Below, piece by piece: positions 32,620 through 43,621 of a stretch of DNA of 64,000 bases (the stretch's first letter is position 1; each line of letters starts with the position of its first letter). The position numbers and the translations under genes were made by a program. Origin of the DNA: Auanema rhodensis (taxonomy: Eukaryota; Animalia; Nematoda); contig OZ059894.1 of NCBI GenBank assembly GCA_964057225.1, forward strand, positions 18,786,001 to 18,850,000. Direction: 5' to 3'. The notes under the pieces are model-generated. The model did no database searches. It was given only the letters and a program-made list of their open reading frames with translations, and was not told where the DNA came from.

Positions 32620-33267
32620 TTAAACACTAAACACATTTCTGGCAACATAAACAATAGGGTTCTCCGCTGTTATATCAGATAGTATACGCTGCTTCTCACT
32701 TGTTAAAGGATGATTGTCAATCAGTAAATGACTATAGGGAGTAGACATTGCATCATCATACGCCTCTAGAGCATTTTTGAAACGTGGCCCAAATAATTGC
32801 TGCAGACAATTACGTATTTGTAATATATCTGAATGACTTTTCATCAGTATTATATATGTACTATTGATTCGACTGGTCCTGTCCAGTTGAAATGCCGCTT
32901 GCACAAGATTAAACACTGCCAAATTCCAGTGATGAGCCCATACTGTAAAAATGTTGTTGAGTAATTCCTTTGCTGCTTTATTCGATGAAAAAAAGTTCAT
33001 CAAATCATCCAGCACTAGTATAGTATTTACTCCCTTTTGTTCTTTTATCAAATCAGGATCAGGAGGCCCTTGAATAATTATTAAACGCTCATCATTTATT
33101 GGTACACCTGACGATGACCCACATTGACTAAACCAGAATATTCTATCAATGGGGACGTTGAAAAACTTTTCAGTATTTTCACATATGTGCTTTATGAGGG
33201 TTGTTTTACCGCATTGGGTAGCACCTATTACAGTTGTCTGACTGGGTAGTTTGAAGCTGAAAACCAT
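32620..33267 (-). CDS. Packaging ATPase, copy 2
   Basis: Identical to copy 1. Confidence 0.93.
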   Translation of the reverse strand: MVFSFKLPSQTTVIGATQCGKTTLIKHICENTEKFFNVPIDRIFWFSQCGSSSGVPINDERLIIIQGPPDPDLIKEQKGVNTILVLDDLMNFFSSNKAAKELLNNIFTVWAHHWNLAVFNLVQAAFQLDRTSRINSTYIILMKSHSDILQIRNCLQQLFGPRFKNALEAYDDAMSTPYSHLLIDNHPLTSEKQRILSDITAENPIVYVARNVFSV

Positions 33268-33346
33268 AATCAACCACTCGTAAATGTACCTAAAATGCAA
33301 ATGATTTCATTTGCAATAGTGTACACGTATCAAGTGGTGGTTTGTC

Positions 33347-34204
33347 ATGGATGATTTTTACATTACTCTTCCATCATCAGTTGACTCTGAAAAAAGTAAT
33401 ACATCATCAGTGTTTCTTACCAGATTACCTGAAACACTAAGGCTACGCAATAATAGATATTGCATTGGGCTGACAGACATCATTTTTCCTTGTTCTATAT
33501 TAAATGTTCAAAAAGATTTATCTTATACACTACGTTTTTCCAATAGAAAATTTATTCTACACTTGCCTAAAGGCAACTATGCAAATGGTGATGAAATAAT
33601 ACGCGGAATCAATGCTGGAAGAGAATCATTTATCGCCAACAATACAAAGCCTCTTGGAGCTGAGGAAGAAGCACGTATAAAAAGTTTAATAGATAAAGAT
33701 GAAGATGTAAAAAAGTGGTATAATAATCGACAGGCTGAGGCTAAGCTAGTGGAGGAAATGCTCGCAGATGCCACATTTCAGTTTAACAAAACATTGCAGC
33801 GCATAGAGTTTGTAACAAGCAAGCGACTATTAATGAATGCAACGCTTGGTGATGATTTTGCATATTTTCTTGGTTTTGAAAATAAAAACATCAACGATAC
33901 AATAATAGCCAGGCGTCCCATTGATTTTTCAAATAACATTAATACAATGTATATATATTGTGATATTGTAGAATATTCCATTCTTGGTAATGTGAAAGCT
34001 AATTTACTTGCATGTTTGCCTGTACCACCTCCTACTGAATTTGGTAAAATGATTGCCAAAACATTTAATCCTATTCGTTATGTACCAATCACTAGACAAA
34101 CACTCGATACCATACGTATTGAAATTTTAGATGAATTTGGTCGTCCTATGCAATTTAATTATGGTTCTACAGTTGTTACATTGCATGTTAAAAATATGAA
34201 ATAA
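33347..34204 (+). CDS. Minor capsid protein (penton), copy 2
   Basis: Identical to copy 1. Confidence 0.85.
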   Translation: MDDFYITLPSSVDSEKSNTSSVFLTRLPETLRLRNNRYCIGLTDIIFPCSILNVQKDLSYTLRFSNRKFILHLPKGNYANGDEIIRGINAGRESFIANNTKPLGAEEEARIKSLIDKDEDVKKWYNNRQAEAKLVEEMLADATFQFNKTLQRIEFVTSKRLLMNATLGDDFAYFLGFENKNINDTIIARRPIDFSNNINTMYIYCDIVEYSILGNVKANLLACLPVPPPTEFGKMIAKTFNPIRYVPITRQTLDTIRIEILDEFGRPMQFNYGSTVVTLHVKNMK

Positions 34205-34209
34205 ACGTT

Positions 34210-34674
34210 TTATTCAACAGTTATACAATACCACATTTTTATTTTCGAAGGTTTAAAAGATAGTTTAGGGCAGTTTTGTTTGTCGCTCGGCTCGTGTTGT
34301 GAATGTTCTCCGTCACTATTGCTGCGGCATCTTTTTGATTGGGTTGAATGTACAAACTCCTCAGCTTTTTCAAAGGGTTTGCTGGTATCATTTCCATCAC
34401 CATCTTCACCATTCGTTCCATTATTATTATGAATACGCCGAATATGACGCTCACAATTGAATCTTGTTCCAAAAGTTTCACTACAATGAGGGCACAAACG
34501 TCTACGAACACCATCCAAATGTCCATATTTTTGAATAAAGTCAGCATTGCTGATATAATTGTTACATATGGGTTGAATCCCTGCATGCCTTTTCAAAACG
34601 TGATCACTAAAATGCTTGGTTGAAGAAAATATTTCCTTGCATGTACCACAATATTTGTTACATAAAAGTTCCAT
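34210..34674 (-). CDS. C2H2 zinc-finger protein, copy 2
   Basis: Identical to copy 1. Confidence 0.8.
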   Translation of the reverse strand: MELLCNKYCGTCKEIFSSTKHFSDHVLKRHAGIQPICNNYISNADFIQKYGHLDGVRRRLCPHCSETFGTRFNCERHIRRIHNNNGTNGEDGDGNDTSKPFEKAEEFVHSTQSKRCRSNSDGEHSQHEPSDKQNCPKLSFKPSKIKMWYCITVE

Positions 34675-34715
34675 TAGAGGAAAATGAAAAACGACCACAC
34701 GCAATCAACCCACTT

Positions 34716-34886
34716 TTATATAATGAGCAATAATATGACTAGTGTTGTACAAAAGCCCAATCCCAATGCTATACCTTTAATAAATGGCACTGAAATACAT
34801 TTCAACATTCTCCTGTATAAAGGCGCTGGTTTAGATTGCTCCAACGTGTATTTGACACATAATTCACAGTGACAAGGAATATTCAT
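34716..34886 (-). CDS. Putative small membrane protein, copy 2
   Basis: Identical to copy 1. Confidence 0.45.
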   Translation of the reverse strand: MNIPCHCELCVKYTLEQSKPAPLYRRMLKCISVPFIKGIALGLGFCTTLVILLLII

Positions 34887-34927
34887 AACTGACCACGTAA
34901 TGTAGCAGGTTATTAATGACAAATTTC

Positions 34928-35383
34928 TTATATAGTAGCCAATTTATAGTCGAATACTTTATGCATAAACGCTTTAATAAAGACATCATCATTTTTCAAT
35001 AGTTTAAAAAATGAACAAATGCTTTCAAATGAATTACCAGCCGACAACATTAGTATTACAAATACCACATAGCCACCACAAGTGTATTCAATTAAACGTT
35101 GTGGTTTGCAAGTATTAATTTTTACCTTTTTATATTTGGCCAGATAATTTTGAATGTACTTGTTCATTTTATATCCCAAGCTACAGAAAAAATAGGCTTG
35201 CTTGTTACGGACAAAGATGACCTGCCAATGTGTGCCTGGTTTATCATGTGTGTCAGTATTTACGACAAGTGCAAAGTTTTTACGACGCGTTTTGGGTAGA
35301 GTATCAGCGCTATATACACCGAGGAATAGTTTCCGAGTGCTGGGGACAGATTGCAATAGTGATACTATTTCAGACGAATACAT
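34928..35383 (-). CDS. Adenain-like cysteine protease, copy 2
   Basis: Identical to copy 1. Confidence 0.9.
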   Translation of the reverse strand: MYSSEIVSLLQSVPSTRKLFLGVYSADTLPKTRRKNFALVVNTDTHDKPGTHWQVIFVRNKQAYFFCSLGYKMNKYIQNYLAKYKKVKINTCKPQRLIEYTCGGYVVFVILMLSAGNSFESICSFFKLLKNDDVFIKAFMHKVFDYKLATI

Positions 35384-35434
35384 TTTAGTAGAATGATCTA
35401 GTGTAACTTTTGTATTGCGCGCGTGCGGTTCGAT

Positions 35435-35887
35435 ATGCCGCACCTCCTTTTGGATGTCAACTCTATTCAATGGACAACACTTTTAAATCAACAAATGGGT
35501 GGCGCCCCATTTAGCGGAATGATGTTTCAACGTGGAATGCAGAGGGGTCATGGTTTGGGTGGTATTTTGGCAACTTTGGCATCATTTCTACCACGCATCA
35601 TTCAATCACCTATAGCCCAAAATCTCATCAATGCCGGAAGAAACGCCTTATCCAGTGCTGTAAGCAATAGTCCAGTTGTAAATTCACCTCTTGGCGGACA
35701 GTTGCTGAAAACTGGTAATGAAATTGTCGATGGGGTGCTGAAAGGCGATAATATCAAGGAAACTCTTAAAACAGCCGGCCGGCAAGCTATACGAGATCTT
35801 ACCGGCTTGGGCAAACGGCGACGACGCAAAACCACAAAACCTCATAAGCGGTTGTGCATCACTCGTGAGCGGTCGTTTCACATTTAA
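35435..35887 (+). CDS. Probable virion core/membrane-lytic protein, copy 2
   Basis: Identical to copy 1. Confidence 0.75.
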   Translation: MPHLLLDVNSIQWTTLLNQQMGGAPFSGMMFQRGMQRGHGLGGILATLASFLPRIIQSPIAQNLINAGRNALSSAVSNSPVVNSPLGGQLLKTGNEIVDGVLKGDNIKETLKTAGRQAIRDLTGLGKRRRRKTTKPHKRLCITRERSFHI

Positions 35888-37222
35888 ATGGCTAAATTGA
35901 TAGATTCAAAATCAGCACAAGCCCTTTTACCTAATATCAACTATGGTGAAATACCTGCGTCGGCATTAGGTGTTGAATCCACTCGTACTGTACAAGTCCC
36001 TTTGAAAAATACTTTTCTTCCTCAAGGACCATGGGAATTTGTTATAGCTCAAAATTCCAAATCATTCCTCAATCTGAGAAGATGTTGGTTGAATGTAAAA
36101 TTTAAAATTGTAACCACAAACGGTGATCCAGTACCAGACAACCTTGTTTTTGCACCATGTCAACAATTTGCTGCCAGTTTAATACATTCGTATCATTTGA
36201 AAATTGGTGATGTTAGCGTGTATGACTCTACCGTGAATCATGCCTATAAAACATATATCGAGAATATTTTAATGTATAGCAACGATGTTAAAGAGAGCAA
36301 ACTTGCCATATCAGGCTATTATGCTGATAGATATATAGATAATGCATCCAGTGCTGGATTTAGAACGCGTCAAGCGCTTGTAAAAAATGGCATATTGTGT
36401 GAGATGGCTGCTCCCGTCAGTATCGACCTATTTAATCAAGAGCGACTGTTTGTAAACTATTCAAAAATGGAGCTAACTGCATATCCAAACCGTGATAACT
36501 TTTTAATTGACACTCTAGGCTGGAATAATGAAAACAAGGATACTACATTAAAGGAGGAGTTTCCAAATTTGAAAGTAGATATCAGCGATGTACATTTGCT
36601 CATTCAAGAGTTTGATCTAAACGCTGGATTAGCTATGGCTATAGAAGATAAACTCGCAAAGGATCGAATACACTACCCCATGACATCAGTGAAAATGCGC
36701 TCTTATTTCATAGAAGGAGGCCGCTTGGATTCACCTAATAATATATTATTCACGTCTCATACACCAAAACGTGTTGTAGTAGGTCTTGTCGGCGCACACG
36801 CTTATAATGGTACTTTTAAACATTCGCCATTCAACTTTAAACCGTTTGATTTGAAAAATATATACTTGACGCTCAACAATAGGGTAATACCTACCCGTCC
36901 TTATAATTTAGAATGGCGATCTTCCTATGCCACAGCATATATTGACATGCTGGAAGGTTTGGGACTTGGTCGTACAGATTCATCCAATGGTATTACACCA
37001 GCAATGTATAAAGCTGGTTTCACATTTTTTGTATTTGATATTTCTCCTACTGTGCATTCGTCAGAGTTATTTGATGTTATACGACAAGGTAATGTAGCCT
37101 TGAAATTGGAATTTGGTCAACAAACGCCGCAAGAGGGCTTATATGCAATTGTTTATGCAGAGTATGACTCTATTCTTTCAATTGACAACAATCGTGCTCC
37201 ATATATTGATACCAGTTTGTAA
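35888..37222 (+). CDS. Major capsid protein, copy 2
   Basis: Identical to copy 1. Confidence 0.93.
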   Translation: MAKLIDSKSAQALLPNINYGEIPASALGVESTRTVQVPLKNTFLPQGPWEFVIAQNSKSFLNLRRCWLNVKFKIVTTNGDPVPDNLVFAPCQQFAASLIHSYHLKIGDVSVYDSTVNHAYKTYIENILMYSNDVKESKLAISGYYADRYIDNASSAGFRTRQALVKNGILCEMAAPVSIDLFNQERLFVNYSKMELTAYPNRDNFLIDTLGWNNENKDTTLKEEFPNLKVDISDVHLLIQEFDLNAGLAMAIEDKLAKDRIHYPMTSVKMRSYFIEGGRLDSPNNILFTSHTPKRVVVGLVGAHAYNGTFKHSPFNFKPFDLKNIYLTLNNRVIPTRPYNLEWRSSYATAYIDMLEGLGLGRTDSSNGITPAMYKAGFTFFVFDISPTVHSSELFDVIRQGNVALKLEFGQQTPQEGLYAIVYAEYDSILSIDNNRAPYIDTSL

Positions 37223-37359
37223 TGTATGTAATAAATTCTTTAAAAGATTTAAGAATAAAATTTATTAATACAACTATTTTTAAAAATAAATACATGTACA
37301 ATGATAAAATTTTATAAATACAAATATATACAAGATAAAAATTTATAAATTCAAATATA

Positions 37360-40300
37360 TTATTCACAATAACCGTAGGGTAAAGTACTATAATCTTGTA
37401 GATAACAAAGTTTATCCATTACGACTCTAGTACTTTTTGTCATATCCATTGTGGATATGGCACCGAGTTGCCTCTTTAACAAGGTTGTATTGGTTTTTAA
37501 AACCAATTTCTCTCCATCCATAACGAGACCGCGAACCAGTCGCTCCATACTTTCAAAGTTTACCACTGACGCTGCCGTGTGGTCCAACGTCTGTAAATTA
37601 TAAAATTATTTGAAAAGTCAAAGCTCGTACTTACCACTCCCTTTGCCTTTGTTACATATTTTACATCACCAGCTGCATTTACAAGTTTATAACTATAAAC
37701 TTTTGCCGCTGGTGACACAAACTTGGTCATTGACCAACCATCGGGTATTTCAGAGGTTAGTTTACCTAACCATTCACCCTTCATATCCTCAATTGGATCT
37801 GGCTCATCCAGGCACCTTTGATAAATTAGTGAATCCGTGTCTAAATAATGTAAGTTTAAATTGAATACAAAGTATAACATTACCTGTATACACCAAATTC
37901 TTTCCAATTTTCTCCATTGCCTTATACAATAGTAGCCTTGCATGAGCGGTTGTATAGGCCGCAATAGCTACATTTGTAAAAGGCGGTGGTGCCAAATGTG
38001 AATCCTCTGGTACTGTTGTGCAGTACGCAACATTATCCACAATTTTGAACCCAGTGAGTTCCCTTGCAGGATCAGTAATGATCCTACCAATTTCTGGGTC
38101 CTCAACACCAATAATCTTGGTTTGGGCTTTATCAGGTCTTTGACCCATTTTACCCCAGACACTATAAGCAAATTTGTAATGTATTGTTTTAAAAAGTTTA
38201 CAAACCTATTTAGCTGCAGTTTGGCAATGCTACGCATGGCAGCATTCTTCTCAATTTTATTGCTCTCCAGAGCAACACCAGTGTTCTCCTCGTGCTCTTG
38301 GAGATAAATCACCTGTAAAATTCTATTTAATGTGATACTTTTGTTAAAACATACCTTTTCTTCCTCTGTCATGTTTGGCTTTGGCCAGCCCGACGCCTCT
38401 TGTTTAATTTTTATGTACTTTTGTACAAACTCTTTAAACAGGCCGCCTTGTTGCCATTCTTCCCAGTGCCACACCTCATGCACATTAAGCACTTTATAGC
38501 CACGTTGTATGGCACACTCGAGCTCAACATGTGTCACGGTTAGATGCAGCTTTCGAGCATTTACATCATTTTGGTGCTCACATGCTACATTTCTACTCTT
38601 GACTGCACAAGTGCGGCAGTTTGTAAAAATTAATTTACCGCCAATACGTGTGCCTAATACAGGGTACAGCAAATTTGTGGGTGCAAGCACGTCACATTTT
38701 ACTAGCCCCTTGTATGGGCAACATGTCTCAAAGCTTTTGAAACCCTCAGTAATAACTTTGGGATTACCTACAGGGTAATAGGCATCAAAGGCTGTGACAT
38801 ATGGATATAGTGAACAAAAGTCCACATACTCGAGCGAGTATCTATCCGAAGCTTGTGCCAAAAGCTTATATGTCTGGGTGCGGCCACCGGTAAAGGCATC
38901 TCTAGGTGCCAAGCGTGTAACAACATTTGTTTCACGCATAAATTTCGCCATTTCTTCATTGGCCGAAATTTGAGCATTAATTTCGTGCTCCCACACTGTG
39001 GTAACACTAATGCCTTGGCTTTGAATTGCTTCAAGCCTTTTCATGGTTTTATCATAAACCTAAATTTTAAAAATTAAAATGATTAAAAAAGTCACAATTA
39101 CCTCTTCCATTGTTTCACCATTTCTGCCTGGTGCTATAGCGCTCTTGTTGGTGCACTGGGGGCAACCATGGTAAATACAACCATTAATCTACAAAAATTT
39201 GCACTTTTTACATTTATTACAAATTACTCACCTCATAGCCATGATTGGCAACGGGGTCATAAGCATCGAGTAGATAGCGATGGCCATCTACTCTCACTGC
39301 AAATTCGCCACCATTAAGCTTATGCATTAATGGGCGGCCCAATCCTTGTTCTAGCCATTTTATATACTTTATGGCTATTATACTCTGCTTTTGACCGGCA
39401 TAATAACCAGTCTCGGGCAGAATACCCACTTGGTTCTCTTTAATGTGGTTCATTTTCAACTGTAATATAATAGTTTTGAAAATGCTTGTATTTTAAAAAA
39501 CTTGCCTGGAATAAAGAGAAACTGGCAAATGTCATACATTGTATGACAGGGTTCCAGCCAGTGGTGGCGGTTGCCAACTTCATGTAAACTTTCATACAGT
39601 TGGTTAAAATACGGACATCTGTCCTACAATATTCCAAAAGCTCTTCATCAAAATCAAACGCTCTTTGATTACGCTCTTCATACCAAATATCGAATGAAGC
39701 TAGGTCTTCTGCTTTCATTCTAGCAGTACAATAGTACTGTTTTGGTGGTAAAGATGGCAACACTTTGCCATAATTTATTGGGTGATTATAGAGGTAAGGA
39801 AACTGTCCTTTACTCATATCAGGTACACCAAATGCCTTGGGTAACGCTGATAGGGGTAAAGGCACTAATAAATAACTATCTTTAAAATATAAATGATTAA
39901 ATTTTTGACCTCTTAAAGGCTTGACAACCATGCTTATAATCTTGGTCCCATTTAAAATTGGATCAGGATATATACCACGGTTTATCAGCCTAGACACCAA
40001 GAAATGTATGTCAAAGCGTGAACCATTATGCGCAATCAAAATTGCATTATCATTCTCAACAGAGTTGAGTAACCAATCAAGGAAACGATCTGTTACAGAC
40101 CATTCACTATCACCTTGTTGATACCCAAAATGGCCCTCCTTGGTTGTGCATTTTTCACATGAGTTGGCATCTATACAACTTTCACAAAATTTATTATACA
40201 CAACCATATTGGGCCATTGTTCATCTGCATATTCATGAACATTTGTACCGCTTTTTAACACAACCGTTTCAAAGTCATAGAAAATAATCTTAAACAAGTA

Positions 40301-42578
40301 AGCATTACACTTGTAAAGATGTAAAATACAAACCTTGTATTTCTCTTGCCTCTTTTTTAACTGATCCTTCTTCTTGTCGTTAGGTGGTACCCAACAACAA
40401 GAATGATCTTCAGGCTTTGTTTGCCCACACTTTTTGCAAAATTTCTCATTGCAATTGTGCGGTCTATCAGCACGCACCCTGTGATAATGATCACAGTTTT
40501 CACATGTCTGAATTTAGTCTTGTTAAATTTTATATATATTTTTTAAATTACCTTAAACATTCGACATGTTTTTCTAATATGCCTGTCAAAGCATTGACGA
40601 GTTTTAAACAAAACTCTACAACTATCACATCTTATGCTACTTTCAACCACATTTTCCATCGAATTACATTTTAAGGTGTGGCATTTCTTACACTTGGCTT
40701 TACATCTATGCATCACTGTTTTGTAAGATAATTTACAGTGTTGGCATATAATACCATCAAAAATCTGTGATCTACTACAAGTTGTAATACAGTCATAATG
40801 ATTATTTCGGTAGCCTAGTGTTACCACTTTGCTAGCCGTTTCATTAAAGATACGCTGAATAGCGTACATACGCTGTCCAGGTGGCCTAGCGTATACTACA
40901 AACTTATAGTCTGTATTACAACTTGCAATAATATTTAAATGGTTCAAATTATAATTTGGTAAATGTACAGAAATACCACATCTATTCAATAAATTGATAT
41001 GATGTGGTTGATTTGGCAACAAGATGTAGTTGCGACGAAGATTTTGAATCCTCCGCTTCTCAACAACATCTTCTGCTGCCTCTTCATCGGCTCTCCACAT
41101 TCCCACAACTGCTGCTCTAGCCAGGCAATGAGTGTCAGTGTTTTCAATTGTGCCAGGTATTTTGAGTTCGGCATCAAAATAGAAACCAACTCTACCTTCA
41201 CCAGGCATCAGGCTTGGCTGCACTGGTCTCTCATCAAACACATACATTTCAATATTCATTGCCTGGCTAATTACAGCCTCTCGCTTTGATTGCTGCACCT
41301 TGCTGATGGCATTCATGATGGCAACGCCATCCAAATGCTCCCTTCTACGGAAATCCATAAATATGGATCCCTTTTCAAAGGATGGGTGCTCTATTGATAG
41401 ACAAAATAGCGCTTTTTGTTTATCTGGCACACCACTTTCAGCAAGGCACCGATCAAGAAACTCATTAAATAGCCGCGGCATGACAACATGCATTGGCTCA
41501 TTAATGGCTTCCAAATGTGGGAACGTGAGCGATCTAACGACCACGTTGGTGAACCGACCAGTGCGTTTTATGCGTCGGTGTGACCACTATAATACACACT
41601 TTTTATAATGGTTATACGCTTTTAGTTTAAATATAAATAATTTTTGTTTATAACTTTTAATAATATTACTTTTCTTTAAATTATTTTTATTAATGTTTAA
41701 AAATAAATGGCATTTGATTTTTAAATATAAAGTTTTTTTTTTCAACTTTGAAAAAACTTTTATAAACATTTGTTAATGTTAAAAAATAAATGAAAAGGTC
41801 AAGATTGTGTTTTATTATTTTACTAGTTCAAAATGTTTGAAATATTTATAATTTGTAAGAATTCAAAATTGGTTGAAAGAAAGATAGATGAGGAAAGATA
41901 GATAGATAGTGAGATGAAATGTAAAGATTTTAAAATGAATGCTGTTCAAAAGAATGAATATGTAAATTTCAAAATACTTGCAATTTGTTTGATAAAAGAT
42001 ATAGATTGAGATGAAATGTAAAGATGAGAGAGAGAGAATTTTATGAATGCAATTGAAAAAGAGAAATAAATTTCAAAATGTTTTCAAAATATGCAACTGG
42101 AGCAAGAGAAAATTTCATGTTTCAAAAGATATATTATGAAATGATATGTAAATAAAAGATCGCACCTCTATTTTACAGACATCGTTGAAAGCCGCTCCAT
42201 ATCCGACTTGCCCTCCACTGGTTGATGGGGTAGCGGGATCCCATTCTCTTAAAAAGAAAAAACTAATTGTTATAATTTTTAATATCGCTTACTCATCACT
42301 GTCATCCAAGGTTATTACTTCAATAACCCTTGATGATGAGGGCCCACTGTTAAAAGTGGGTGATGTGGGCTCACAGAGCTCGATCCCACCAGCCTCGGTA
42401 AACTTTATACGTTTACTAAAAAACAAAATATATATAAAGATTCAAAATATTGTTAAATTACCTGAGCTGATTAATCTCTTCATAATCAAATCCTAGCTCT
42501 TCACATAAACGTTTATAACTGAAAAAAGAAAAAGTTTACAAACAAATAATCAAAAAGACACAACCTATTAGCAGCCAT
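37360..42578 (-). CDS. pPolB: Protein-primed DNA polymerase B, 14 exons, copy 2
   Basis: Same ORF fragments and splice sites as copy 1 (offset 19807). Confidence 0.9.
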
Positions 42579-42785
42579 TGTACCTTGATATAATGAATAT
42601 ATCAGTCTACACATTGCTGTTGGCATTGTAATTTGTTATGTAACATGGATTTGGGTACAGCTGTCAAAACTAGCAGTTGCGATAAACTTTAAAATAAATA
42701 AGCTTATTGAATACATCTGTTTTTATTGTCCCCGTCGGATTAATTTTTGTTATTAGTTCTTATTAAATTAACTTTATGCGTTTCA

Positions 42786-43621
42786 TTGAGGTCAGCGCAA
42801 CTGTTTGTTAATCTTATTGTATTTACCTTCAATGTGTGCTCTATTTAGTTATTGTATCGTTATATTAGTAAAATAAAGTTTAAAACTAATCTTTTATTAT
42901 AATTTGAAACTTTTACTTGTTAGAATAAATATAATTAATAACAATTTGTAATTTCAAAAATTAATAATTTAATGTCATTCTTATCGAATTAACCTTCGAT
43001 ATGTGTTCCATTAAATTTTGGTATTTTATATCGTTCTTATCGAATTAACCTTCGATATGTGTTCCATTAAATTTTGTATTTCATATCGTTCTTATCGAAT
43101 TAACCTTCGATATGTGTTCCATTGAACTACCCGTAACAAGTACGGTGAACAAAACGATATACATGCAAAAATTTTACTGTTCTTTAAAATAAAAACAATA
43201 CAAACACAATACAATAAAAAATAAACAAAATAAGTAAACAAACATTATTAATAAATTTAATAAATAAATAAAATTTAAAAAACAAATTTACATATTTAAA
43301 TATTTAAAATTTATAATTTTTATTTTTACTTAATATATTTAAAAATAATTAAAACTATATACATACATTTGAATAAACAAATTTAAAATTTGATTTAAAA
43401 AAAAAAAAAAAATCATGCTTTAAATCATGATTTTTAAATTTAAAAAAGGAAAATCCATGAACCATGATCCCAAAATATGATTTTAACAGCTGACGCTCAA
43501 AAATATGTTTTTGACAGCTGACGCGCCCCAAAAGTATGTTTTTAGCAGCTGACGCCCCCAAAAGTATGTTTTTGACAGCTGTTTGGGGGCGTGGTTAGTA
43601 AATTTTGCACGGCTCTCTACT
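42786..43621 (-). repeat. Right TIR of Maverick copy 2
   Basis: Matches 22979-23826 except for a shorter poly-A run. Confidence 0.9.

Larger units (their letters stand above)
28045..43621. mobile_element. Maverick/Polinton copy 2, 15,577 bp, same orientation
   Basis: Same ends; TSD TGTGAA at 28039-28044 and 43622-43627; all ORFs offset by 19806-19807. Confidence 0.97.

Noticed and set aside
8239-43621. Two independent site-specific Maverick insertions
   Set aside because: Rare satellite variants on both flanks are shared, so duplication of one insertion is more parsimonious.
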